A stretch of DNA of 63,075 bases, filler included, from Diploschistes diacapsis (taxonomy: Eukaryota), in NCBI GenBank assembly GCA_023645945.1. It is 8 parts of 8 records of this genome, joined end to end, with 100 filler letters (N's around TTAATTAATTAA, not from the genome) between each part and the next. Parts side by side here need not be neighbours in the genome. Positions count along the whole stretch, not along the records: positions 19,051 to 37,992 come from JALAIB010000391.1; positions 38,093 to 39,202 come from JALAIB010003915.1; positions 39,303 to 40,412 come from JALAIB010003916.1; positions 40,513 to 41,622 come from JALAIB010003917.1; positions 41,723 to 42,831 come from JALAIB010003918.1; positions 42,932 to 44,040 come from JALAIB010003919.1; positions 44,141 to 63,075 come from JALAIB010000392.1; 1 more part is not named here. One strand, given 5' to 3'. Shown here piece after piece: positions 37,509 to 48,018 of this stretch (position 1 is the first letter of the stretch; every line of letters starts with the position of its first letter). The translations under genes were made by a program, and so were the position numbers. The notes under the pieces were generated by a model. The model was not told the origin of the DNA, did no database searches, and saw nothing but the letters and a program-made list of their open reading frames with translations.

Positions 37509-37717
37509 ACGTGTTTCACCACATAACGGATCACACCACAAAGCGGCTCACTACATTATAATGTAGTTGCGCTAGATAGTTTTAAGCGAGCTTTTGAGCC
37601 CCACAACCACACATAAAATTATTTGTACGAAACTAAATCTGTTTTCGACTACATTATACGAAGGTGCAGGGATTGTGAACCGCTTTGTGGGATGATCCAT
37701 TGTGTGGTGAAACACGT
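37509..37717. mobile_element. 209-bp MITE of the Fot1/Pot (pogo-like) family
   Basis: ~45-bp TIRs (ACGTGTTTCACCACAyAAyGGATCA..CCACAAAGCGG) flanked by TA on both sides. Confidence 0.85.
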
Positions 37718-37859
37718 TAACTATGGCCATCACTGTCGCTGACTCAGCATTTGCATTTTGCCGATACCGGCAGATCAACGACAGGGATTCTCTATACAAC
37801 AGCTCGCTCACCAGCACGCAGTATCTCTTTACAATCCGCACATGTACAGCAGCTGAGAG

Positions 37860-37992
37860 ATGTCGCAGCCTCCGCCACGGCCCCCCTACCCTACCGACGA
37901 TGCTCCCGGTAGTTTCTACCAGCCCATCCCGCACCCTCTCTCCCCACACTCAACTACCAACACCCCTCCACCGCCGCCGCCAAAACCCACCG
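37860..37992 (+). CDS. Possible 5' end of a Pro-rich protein gene truncated at the contig end
   Basis: MSQPPPRPPYPTDDAPGSFYQP.. remains open to the contig edge. Confidence 0.35.
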
Positions 37993-38092
37993 NNNNNNNN
38001 NNNNNNNNNNNNNNNNNNNNNNNNNNNNNNNNNNNNTTAATTAATTAANNNNNNNNNNNNNNNNNNNNNNNNNNNNNNNNNNNNNNNNNNNN
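37993..38092. other. Artificial contig spacer
   Basis: 44 N + TTAATTAATTAA + 44 N. Confidence 0.98.
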
Positions 38093-38904
38093 AACGAATA
38101 CGAAATCGAAAGAATTATTAACGTAAAAGAAAATGAATATTAAATTAAATAAAAAAGATATCCAACGAGTTAAAATATATAAGAGCCTTTATCGAACTTA
38201 ATAAATTATAAAAATAAATTTAAAAACATTAAAACATTTATCCGTTAATAGATTTATTAATATAAGATTAACGGGACGTCGGTTAGAACTAATTTAATAA
38301 AATAAAAACCTTATCCTTTAGAATCTAATTTAACTATTTAAACGATATTACCGCCAATTTAAATAATTCTAAATCGAACTTCGTTAATAAATCTTTTAAA
38401 CGTTGACATATGTCTTAGATGATTTTAAATCTAATTCTTCCGTTAAACAACGCGTTTGGTCGTTAGCACGACCTTCTATTAACTTAAGAATCTTTCGATT
38501 ATAGCGAATGCGACGTTTACGTTAAAAACGACGATCCTTAATTTTACGGAATTACTTTTTTAACTTCTCTTTTTATTTATTATTCTCGTTAATAAGCTTC
38601 TTATCTTTATCGATTTCTTCTCGTTTCGAAAAGATAATTCGTTTAATTACCTTCTAAAGAATAAAAATGCAATCCTTCTTATCGAATTTAATATAACGAG
38701 CGTATTTAACGAAGATAAAAAGCTGTAAGGCCAAGCAAGGAGCATGCCAATAGTCGGACAAGCGGCACTCAGGGTCTTGGCTTGCGGGTATTTGAAAGGG
38801 GATTTTGCCCTTCTTACTCTCTTTTTTTCTTTAGTAATTAGTTTTAGTATGAATATGCTCTACGTATAGCCATCTTGTCATATTGTCGTATTTTATTTTT
38901 GACA
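38093..38904 (+). mobile_element. RIP-mutated Gypsy/chromovirus 3' end (chromodomain + 3' LTR)
   Basis: 38093 onward reads NEYEIERIINVKENEY*IK*KRYPTS*NI*EPLSNL (chromodomain EYEVE.I..EY.IKWKGY...NTWEP with Trp codons turned to stops). A purine-rich tract precedes the LTR. Confidence 0.8.
38724..38904 (+). repeat. 181-bp LTR, copy 1
   Basis: Starts TGTAAG and ends TGACA. Colinear with the reverse complement of 41838-42018. Confidence 0.8.
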
Positions 38905-39202
38905 GTTTTAATTACTTTATCTTTTTTAAGGACGACGATCCGATAAGATGGCACGTTCTTCGTAACGTACACGTAAAATAAATTCACGTAATTAAATTAA
39001 AATAGAAGAAAGTGAAGGAAAGGAAAGAAGTGAACGATCTAAAATTATTTTATTTAATAAAGAGGATTTAGATTATATCGAACAGTAAGAACGAGACTCG
39101 TAGTTTAAAGGTAAAGTATTAGTAGGCGAGTTGTTAGAGTAAGAAAATGGTTTCGAATTTGTATTAAGGGATGTATTAGAAATAATAAAAAACATATTAT
39201 TG

Positions 39203-39302
39203 NNNNNNNNNNNNNNNNNNNNNNNNNNNNNNNNNNNNNNNNNNNNTTAATTAATTAANNNNNNNNNNNNNNNNNNNNNNNNNNNNNNNNNNNNNNNNNN
39301 NN
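39203..39302. other. Artificial contig spacer
   Basis: 44 N + TTAATTAATTAA + 44 N. Confidence 0.98.
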
Positions 39303-40080
39303 CGTTGAAAAGCGCGTTGGCGTAAGAGACGGATCATATTACTCGATTAAATAAATCGCGTATGGCACGCTCGGAATAAGTCGAATTATTTTTAATAGCT
39401 CAAAATCGAGTTATTACGAATCGAAACGCTTAAACAGGCTTTATAAATATTAAATTATAGCCTATTAATTCTATAACCGTGTTTAATAAGCTTTATTCGA
39501 TTTATCGGACCCCTGTATTTCCATCTTACAGCCCTCTTTTAACCTCGAATTAATTCGATTTGGATTTATTTTTATTATATAACTTTTTATCAAATGCGAC
39601 AGAACTACGAAAGATTAATAAAGAATTTAATTAAGCGTTGCGAGCCGTTTTAGAACTAGTCAATCCGATTCGACGTTATTCGAGACGAATAACCCGTATA
39701 CTTAAATCGACGCATATTAAACTTATAACGCTTCGTAAAGAAAACCGAAAACAAAAAACGTTTCTTAATAGTCGTAAAAAACGTAAATCAAATAAACGAA
39801 TCGAATTAAAAGGTCGTTTTATATTTAAGATAAACGAAATTCTTAAAATAATAGCTCGAACTAAATCGAATCGGACAGTTTCAAAACGATCTATAACGCG
39901 TAAAAAACGTCGTCGTATTTCTGAAATCGAGGAAGATAAAGATGAAAAAAATAGATTCGATTTAGATCGATTAGATTCTAATTGCGACGAATAGGTTGTA
40001 TCTAAAAACCGTAGAATGTTAGCGGTAGTAATTTAAGGTGGCCCACTTCTGGGGGTGGCCCGGTTCCCCGTCAAACACGT
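39303..40080 (+). mobile_element. RIP-mutated Fot1/Pot (pogo-like DDE) transposon 3' part with TIR
   Basis: AT-rich, Lys/Arg-rich transposase C-terminal relic (ORF 39638-39994), then TIR ..GGTGGCCCACTTCTGGGGGTGGCCCGGTTCCCCGTCAAACACGT followed by TA. Confidence 0.8.
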
Positions 40081-40412
40081 TATAATAATATTATTTTATT
40101 CCGAATCTTCGGGTAATTCGGTTACGAAATTTATCGAAATATCTATCCACGGTTTATTGAGGATGAATAACGGTTTCTAAAGCCTTTAGAAAGTTTGGAT
40201 AATTGGTTTTATTCGGCGGCAGTTATGGCAGTTCTTAATGAATCGGGCGATAATAACTTTCATCCGAAAGAATTTAAAATTCCTTTTAATTATCCGAAGA
40301 GTTTTATCGATCTTCGCGTGTCTTACCTTTTTATCGTAATAAACTAATTAAATAATATAAATAATTTAATTATTCGGAACGGCGAGTTTATCGTTAATTC
40401 ATAATAAAATCC
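40081..40412 (-). mobile_element. RIP-mutated Gypsy integrase fragment (zinc-binding domain)
   Basis: The minus strand reads ..RHAKIDKTLRIIKRNF...RFIKNCHNCRRIKP...KPLFILNKPWIDISINFVTELP, matching the H..CxxC..PW.DISMDF..LP pattern. Confidence 0.75.
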
Positions 40413-40512
40413 NNNNNNNNNNNNNNNNNNNNNNNNNNNNNNNNNNNNNNNNNNNNTTAATTAATTAANNNNNNNNNNNNNNNNNNNNNNNNNNNNNNNN
40501 NNNNNNNNNNNN
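40413..40512. other. Artificial contig spacer
   Basis: 44 N + TTAATTAATTAA + 44 N. Confidence 0.98.
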
Positions 40513-40669
40513 ATTTTAAATACGCGAGCAGTTTTTCGAATATTAATATATTATTATGATTTTAGGGTCTATAAATAGTACTTGATATTAAATTCTATTA
40601 AAATCGAATTATTATTATACGAGGTAGTCATTATTAAGAAAGATCGAATGTAAGATAAAAATAATGATT

Positions 40670-40716
40670 TGAGGTTGCCGGAATCTGGAGGTGGCCGGAA
40701 TCCCCGTGAAACACGT
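40670..40716 (+). mobile_element. Fot1/Pot-family TIR (element end)
   Basis: GAGGTTGCCGGAATCTGGAGGTGGCCGGAATCCCCGTGAAACACGT followed by TA. Confidence 0.7.
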
Positions 40717-41235
40717 TATAAAGGATCATCCTCTATACTATTATTAAAGTATTAATTATAAATTATTCATTTATCTTTAAAAATAGCAACGATATAAATA
40801 ACATCTTATTCAAGAAGCGGGTTACGGATTACAAAAAAGTCGCTAACGGGATTACGACGCTTAAAACAACGCTGCTACATTATTCGAAATATAATACTTT
40901 CATCGAAGGACAATCGGTCCTAATTCAAAGATATCCAGTTAAACTAATATACTAAATGACACCGTCTATAAAAAAAATATTAAGTAAATAGACGAAAAAC
41001 ATGACTATAAGCTTAACTTAATCCAAAAAATTTACTAAAAAAATCCGGAAAGTTTAATTCAGATAAACTTAACGAAGTTCAATTCAGTTCAGTTCAGCTA
41101 AACCTTATAGAATCCGGTGGAATCCTAACTAAACCGATCAGGTGTAATGTAGACAGTAAGGCTTAACGAATCCCGTAAGATATAAAAGTCTGCACAGCAG
41201 AATAATCTCCTAGACAAGTCCTCTAGACTTCAATA

Positions 41236-41525
41236 ACGTGTTTCACGGTCATCTCGGCCACCTTAAATCACTACCGCTAACATTCTACGGTTTTTAGATA
41301 CAATCTATTTATCGTAATCAGAATTTAATCGATTTAAATCGAATTTGTTTTTCTTTCTTTATTTTTTTCGATTTTAGAAACGCGACGACGTTTTTTACAC
41401 GTTATAAATCGTTTCGAAATTATTCGATTCGATTTAACTCGAGTTATTATCTTAAGAATTTCGTCTATATTAAATATAAACCAATTTTTTTATTTAATTC
41501 GTTTATTTAATTTACGTTTTTTATG
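41236..41525 (-). mobile_element. Second copy of the Fot1/Pot element 3' end
   Basis: TA-ACGTGTTTCACGG TIR, then sequence that is the reverse complement of ~39770-40040, differing mostly by transitions. Confidence 0.8.
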
Positions 41526-41622
41526 TGTAACGCCCGAAGTGTGCGCACCGGGGTTCAGGTCCCCCTGCTGCCACAGCCACGCACCTACATATAGTGTAAT
41601 AGGGAAACAGTGCTTCGGGGTT
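41526..41622 (+). mobile_element. Possible LTR start interrupting the Pot copy
   Basis: Abrupt switch from AT-rich to GC-normal sequence beginning TGTAACG; truncated by the contig end. Confidence 0.4.
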
Positions 41623-41722
41623 NNNNNNNNNNNNNNNNNNNNNNNNNNNNNNNNNNNNNNNNNNNNTTAATTAATTAANNNNNNNNNNNNNNNNNNNNNN
41701 NNNNNNNNNNNNNNNNNNNNNN
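41623..41722. other. Artificial contig spacer
   Basis: 44 N + TTAATTAATTAA + 44 N. Confidence 0.98.
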
Positions 41723-41837
41723 TATTATTATTAAAATATTGTTAATAATCCCTATTATATTCTTACTGGGGGGTAATTTTTTAATGAAATTTAATATTAT
41801 TTTTTATTAGGGTACGGACGGTAATCGAAAGGAATAT

Positions 41838-42018
41838 TATAAAAGGTAGAATACGATAATATGGTAAGATGGTTGTACGTAGGGTAGGTTTATGCTAGGA
41901 TTAATTATTAAAGAAGAGGAGAGAGTAAGAAGAGTAAAATCTTTCTTCAAGTACTAGCAAGTCAAGATTTTGAGCGCCGCTTATCCGATTCTTGGTATGT
42001 TATTCGCCTAATTTTACA
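41838..42018 (-). repeat. LTR, copy 2 (same family as 38724-38904)
   Basis: Reverse complement starts TGTAAAAT after a purine-rich tract and aligns to copy 1 (e.g. tcggataagcggcgctc vs tcggacaagcggcactc; cttcttactctct shared). Confidence 0.75.
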
Positions 42019-42598
42019 ATTATTTCTTTCTTTCTTGCTCTGGCCCCCTAGAGTTATTTTTATGATCTTTTTTTTGCCTATTAAAATAGGTTAAATGGTT
42101 AATTCGATCCATATCGTTACTATCTCGACCCTTTCATCACGAAAAGTTTTTTAAGCAAAAAAAAATCTCTGGCGAAACCGGCGAGGCCAATCATTTTTAT
42201 TACGTAATCAAAAAATAAAAAAGCATTTTTTTAATGTTTTAAAAAAAACTTTCGAAAAAATATTAAAAAATCCATTAATTTAGCGCCGGATAACTAGCGT
42301 TATGAACTCGTTAAAGTTCTCATGTTACGAATATCTACGCTTCCGTAATATAAAATACGTCATTCTTAATATTTTCGCGATAATATATAGTACCTATTTA
42401 ATCCCGTTAAATCCGATATTATTAATACTAATTAATTCGTATATTATTAATAATTTATAACTTTATCACGAAAAGTTTTTGGCGGCGAAATACCGCGAAA
42501 ATCCGTAAAATTAACGAAATTGGCGAAACCGGTAAGGTGAACGATAAATAATACGTTTAAACGACTCGCCAACTTTCGCCAAAACGTTTAACGAAACA

Positions 42599-42652
42599 CG
42601 GCGAAACTGGCGAAACCGGCGAAACCGGCGAAAGCTGGCGAAGATAGCGAGG
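42599..42652 (+). repeat. Tandem ~9-bp GGCGAAAC(C/T) repeats
   Basis: ggcgaaactggcgaaaccggcgaaaccggcgaaagctggcgaa; the same unit occurs at ~42171 and ~42522. Confidence 0.75.
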
Positions 42653-42831
42653 CCAATCATTTTTTTACTAATATATTACGTAAGCAAAAAAAATTAATAA
42701 ATTTAATATAATATTAATAATACTAATAATAATGATTAATTAATGATTATATAATCATAATTACGTAATTATTATTATTATTATATTATATAACTTAAAG
42801 TATTTTCGCTAAATTATAAATTATTAATAAT

Positions 42832-42931
42832 NNNNNNNNNNNNNNNNNNNNNNNNNNNNNNNNNNNNNNNNNNNNTTAATTAATTAANNNNNNNNNNNNN
42901 NNNNNNNNNNNNNNNNNNNNNNNNNNNNNNN
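42832..42931. other. Artificial contig spacer
   Basis: 44 N + TTAATTAATTAA + 44 N. Confidence 0.98.
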
Positions 42932-43453
42932 TTAACATTCCATAATTAGTCGAATATTCCTAATTATTCCTTATATATAATCAAATTATAATAACACTAA
43001 TCACGTGATAAATAAAAAGCTTTAAAAGCTATTCTACCCTTCTTTAAATAGAACGAAAGAACGATAATTCTATCTATTTACTGATTTACTTTACTAAAAA
43101 ATAACTAATTATATAAGAACGTCGTTATAACTTTTATTAATTCTAACGTGTTTATTTTTATAAATATCTTTAATTATTACTCGGGATCAATCTATATTCG
43201 TTACCCTTTATTAACAGATAACAATCTTTCTAAAGATCGGTACAGACTTATAATTGATTTATTTCTTCTTCTGCCGCATTCCTCTTCTAATAGAGACTAA
43301 ACTTACCTTGATCAATACCTCGTGTCTACATTGCAGAGATAGAGATCATAACATAAACTTGCGAGCGTATTACGATAATAATACGGAGTGATTTAATATA
43401 TTTATAAAACAATTTCTTATTAAATTATTTAAGATATAAATTGTTTATGGATA

Positions 43454-43500
43454 ACGTGTTTGACGGTCAGCTCGGCCACCCCCAAAGCTCGGCCACTTTT
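43454..43500 (+). mobile_element. Fot1/Pot-family TIR (element start)
   Basis: TA-ACGTGTTTGACGGTCAGCTCGGCCACCCCCAAAGCTCGGCCAC with an internal direct repeat. Confidence 0.75.
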
Positions 43501-43673
43501 GTCAAGAAATATTTGAAATCTTTAATAATTCTTCGAATTTAATCGTTATTTCGGATTTTTTCCGAAACATTACTATTAATTCAATCATCTATCATACCCG
43601 AAAAGTGTATATTGATTATATTAGCAGTTATTTTTTTTAAAGCGAATTAAAAATAACGATTCGAAAACCCGTA

Positions 43674-44040
43674 TTATTTTATCTTTCAAATTCGGTCATA
43701 ACGTAGCAAAAAATATGTTTTTTAAATATGTTATTATAAGCGGTTTCATGCGTAGAGTTCAATATAATATAAAAAAAACATTTTTCCACGTTATACAGTC
43801 GTTATGTGGTCTTATTCTTTGAAATCAGTAGATTTAAAGAACTTTGGTAGGCGACAGCTAGTTTTCGTTTAGTCTAAAATGTAACAAAAAACGATGAAAA
43901 CCGTTACACAATTACTGTATAACGTCCAAAAAACGTTTTTTAATATTTCTATTGAAGTCTACGCATGAAATCGCTTATAATGATATATTTAAAAAATATA
44001 TCTTTTGCTGCTTTATGAGCGATTTTAAAAGGTAAAATAA
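43674..44040. mobile_element. Foldback/MITE-like element with ~135-bp imperfect inverted arms
   Basis: 43674-43810 matches the reverse complement of ~43903-44040 (e.g. ttataagcggtttcatgcgtagagttcaata vs ttataagcgatttcatgcgtagacttcaata). Confidence 0.8.
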
Positions 44041-44140
44041 NNNNNNNNNNNNNNNNNNNNNNNNNNNNNNNNNNNNNNNNNNNNTTAATTAATTAANNNN
44101 NNNNNNNNNNNNNNNNNNNNNNNNNNNNNNNNNNNNNNNN
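44041..44140. other. Artificial contig spacer
   Basis: 44 N + TTAATTAATTAA + 44 N. Confidence 0.98.
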
Positions 44141-45462
44141 CTCCACCGCAGCTCCACCTCCCCCGTCCCTCCAGTCCCAAACCGATCCGGATGCACATAG
44201 CGCACTTTATGCTGCCTTGCCAGCGCATCCGCCCACAGCGCCCCCCCAGTGCCTCCTCTCGCCAGCGCCCGGCAGAAAAAAGCAGAGTGGGCCCCGTATC
44301 TCCCGTGGTGGGATCGGCGGTCCTGTGCTCCCGGTAATCGAGGTCGCAGCAGGACACCCTGATGGGGCTGGCCCGTCCCGTGAGAGGGGTTCGCGGGGAG
44401 GGTGAAGGACTGGCGGAAGCGGATGGAGGAGAGGTAAGCGGCTCCTTGTGGGGCGGAGAGGGAGGCACGAGAGGCGCGAGAGGCGCGGGAGGATGGCATC
44501 CCTCGGAAAAGTTGGTGGGGCGGGGGAGAAGGCAGTATGGGATTCGATAGTTTGGATGCTGCAGGTTTCGATGGGACGGGAGAGGGCGTTGCAGGCAACG
44601 GTGCCGGTGATCTTGGAACGCTGTGCGACAACAACAGTGACAGGGAAAAAAAAGGAGAAGACTTAAACGACGAGGAGGAAGCGATTGTAAAACAGCTGCT
44701 GCGACTTCATTGTAGCGGAAAGCAGAAAAAAAAAGAGAAGAAAAAAGGAAGCTTATAAAAAAAGGGCCACCACGTTGGATTGTCGGGCCAGGCAGGCAGG
44801 CAACAAGGCCTGAATTTGACCGTCCCTTCACAATATAAACTAGGCCAACTCCCCGCAAAACTGGGGGGGGAAGGATCAAAGACGATCACCGCGGTCGGGA
44901 ACCAACTTTAATTATCGGAAGTGGCCGAATGCGGGGAGGGAAAGTAGAAATAGAAAAATGCAAAAGCAGATACAAAAAAATCGGGGTGTAGGTAGAGGGT
45001 TGTGTACGTGTGTATGTGTATGTGGATCGGATTTGGGATACAGTAGATACAAGTAGATACCAGTATCTCATGTGGGGCACGGCAGCTCTTGATGGTGCAC
45101 AAACTGCCTTGCGAGTAGGAAGTAAACGGTGGTTGTTGGACGAAAGCGTTAAGCAGCAGGAACCCGATGTGTCGGTCTCTCAATTGAAGATGCGTTCTTT
45201 GCTTGGTTCAAAAAAGGGTCGCTTTCAAATTGTCGCATAGGGAAAAAGTATACACACGTTACACTAAAACCAGATACGGTTGACGACTGAAAGGAACAAT
45301 GGAAGTTAATGCCCCAGAGTTTACAAGTCTTTAATAGGACCTTTAATAGGAGTATTCAACTCGGGTAAAAGGGTACACGAGCTGGGACGGATGGACCAAT
45401 CGGCATAGATACTGTAGAAACACACATGCACAATCCTCGATGATATTCTCTCGTACGGATCA

Positions 45463-47244
45463 TCACCGCCAGTCGCCAGTCTCTTTCGTCCAATCTGCAT
45501 TACCGCTCAAGAAGTCATGCATTGTCCAAGGCTTGTATATGTGTCCCGGCGGGATATTACTGGACCAGCGTTAGCAGCAAGCCTTGGAACTCCAAGAGAT
45601 GGCCCCTCACGTATTCTCAAATCTCTTGCCCATTACAAGATGATCGACGCATCTGGCGTAATTGTCGTACACATAGGCCTCGGCATCGTGTTGGGTCACC
45701 CACATGCCCATTATTGGTCCCAGGAGGACCTGCTTTGCCTTTAGAGTCTCAATATCCGCGGCCATGAATCTATCACGATTTCTGAAACCCAGCTTTTGAG
45801 CGCACGATGTCCGCTCAAACCTGCAAACCGGATCAGCATGTCCACACGCATAAACAGTCATGAAGCTTCCGACCTTAGTTTATTGTATACTCTTGCAGCC
45901 AACGGGACCTGCGCTTTGCCGGCAAGGTGCAAGCAGCTAGCCAGAGAGGTGCCATCCTCCATAGCCTGTGTAGCGCCGTTCCCGGACGACGGAAGAAACG
46001 TGTGTGCTGCGTCCCCAAGCTGGACGACGTAACCATGCGGCGATACCCAGTTTGGTTTGGGGTTTCTGAACATTAATTTCCAGTCGAACAGAGCCTCGTC
46101 TGGGCAAGCCTCGACTAGGTCACGAACATCTGGACCCCAACCATCTTGGTCGAGGTAAGATATTATAGCATTCTTGTTGGTTCTGTTAAGGTTAGAGAAA
46201 GCGGTTCAAGAAGGCTCACGCGTCTCACTTGTGATCCCATCTTTCCTTTGCGCCAGCTTTATTAGGACGGCAACTGTGGGATCATTAGACAGGTTTTTCT
46301 GAAACCGCGCAAAGCCTACATGTGGAAATTGATCAGTTCGTCTGTTGTATTGATTATTGCATAGCCGTTGGCTGCAGACCATACTTGCATATGGCCGTTG
46401 GCAGGCAGTGGTCTTTTAGAGAATCGATCAACGACTAGGCTATTTTCAGCGATCATTGTCATGAGGGGTCTGTGCCATACCATTGGGCTTTTTGTATGCG
46501 AGCTCTGCATGTCATCGTTAGTCTATGTCTAGGTCGCAGAGCCCTGAAACTTCACCTGCTGGGTAGTTTGCGCGAAAAATTGCGATGCCACTGTTCTGTG
46601 CTTCCCCCTCCGATCCTTCGTTTTCGACCAAGTCGACGGAGCGCGAACCAATGCCGTCAGCCGCGATCACTATGTCGCCCTCGTACTGCTCGCCGTCTGG
46701 TGTCTTGATCCCTCCCTTCTTCTTCTCCACGTCTTCGAAGTAAATAGAAACCTTGGTGTCGAATCGGACCTCAATTCCCAAATGTCTGGCATACTCGAAC
46801 AACAGCCGCTGGAGGGCCGCCCGATGAACGCTTACCGCAGCATATGGCACGCCAGCACCGGCGGGCATTTTCTTTGGGGGCGATACTCTCTCCCCCTTAC
46901 AGCCAAACATCTGGAAGACCGGATCCTGGTTTATCTGCTCAAGCCCCTCCAAGACACCGGGTAGATGGTCCAAATGGTGGCTAACCGAGCCCGAGATACG
47001 TATGAAACCTCCTATACGACATCAACTGCCAGTCAAGGGCCTCGTATTCGGTCAGGAGGATACCATTGATTCTATCATATCTTGTACCCGCCTCGAGAAT
47101 CCTGACATCGTGGCCTTTTTGCCAGCAATTGACAGCTGCAAACAACCCGCCTATTCCTCCCCCAATGATAAGAACATCAGTACCGGATGAAGGGTATCTC
47201 CTGATACCAGCCGCAGGTGGAAAATCAAACTTATAGTCCAGCAT
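45463..47244 (-). CDS. FAD-dependent monooxygenase (aromatic hydroxylase type), apparently intact
   Basis: VLIIGGGIGGL, DIVIAADGIGS, VVQLGDAAHTFLPSSGNGATQAMEDG, C-terminal NIPPGHIYKPWT. Seven GT-AG introns give a continuous frame by manual splicing. Confidence 0.88.
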
Positions 47245-48018
47245 TGTGAAGTATGGTTTGGTTCCACGTGGGAGCCCAAAGAGTGACAGTGTTTGAAGAA
47301 AAAGGCCGTGGCAGAAACCACCTTTACCTTTAGAGATCTGCTGCAATTCATGGAGATATGTAAAGCGCATGACCCACCCATCTCAACCAAGTCTGCAGTA
47401 ACAAGGACCAAGAGCATCCGGCTTCCTTTCGGATCCTGCGGAGCCTTCCCAGGAACCCCAATTCCCAAAGTATCATTGTCGGCGACTCCACACGCCAACG
47501 ATCCGGAGAGACTAGGTTCAAGTCGAGGTACGGTCTAGCGAAGAACCGACATCCGAGCGCCACCGCCATTCCACCAACAAGATGTCTCCTTGAGGGTTCT
47601 TAAGGCATTTACAGTCTTGCAGCGGTTCGAGCATTTGCGATGGTTTTTGCTTAAAAGTTTTTTTATTTTCAACGGCGAGACACGCATGCTAAGTACCCCA
47701 ACTTCCCATTCTTGCGGACTAGCATAATGGCCGCCCTAAGATCGTTGCATCAAAAATTCAAGGCTTCATCAAGTGTTTTGTGTGTTATGCCATGCCGCCG
47801 TCCCGCGATACTGGTCTTGGCGAGCTCATCTAGCTAAGGGATCTAGTGTCAAGATGCCACTGGGGATGGTAGCTTACTTTGCAAAGGAGAGCGTAGCTCT
47901 GTATTTCAACCGTAGAGAAGAAGTGGACACATGTGTTCATGCTAACGTAGACGTGCCCACCACTAGACTTACACCTCACTACCTTGCAGACACCCCCAGC
48001 TTTTCTGTCGATCCGGCT

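Noticed and set aside
42599..42652. CRISPR-like array
   Set aside because: Eukaryotic context and short contiguous repeats without unique spacers
44141..44900. GC-rich ORFs at the start of the last contig
   Set aside because: Low-complexity Pro/Gly-rich translations in several frames with no recognisable motif; cannot be called
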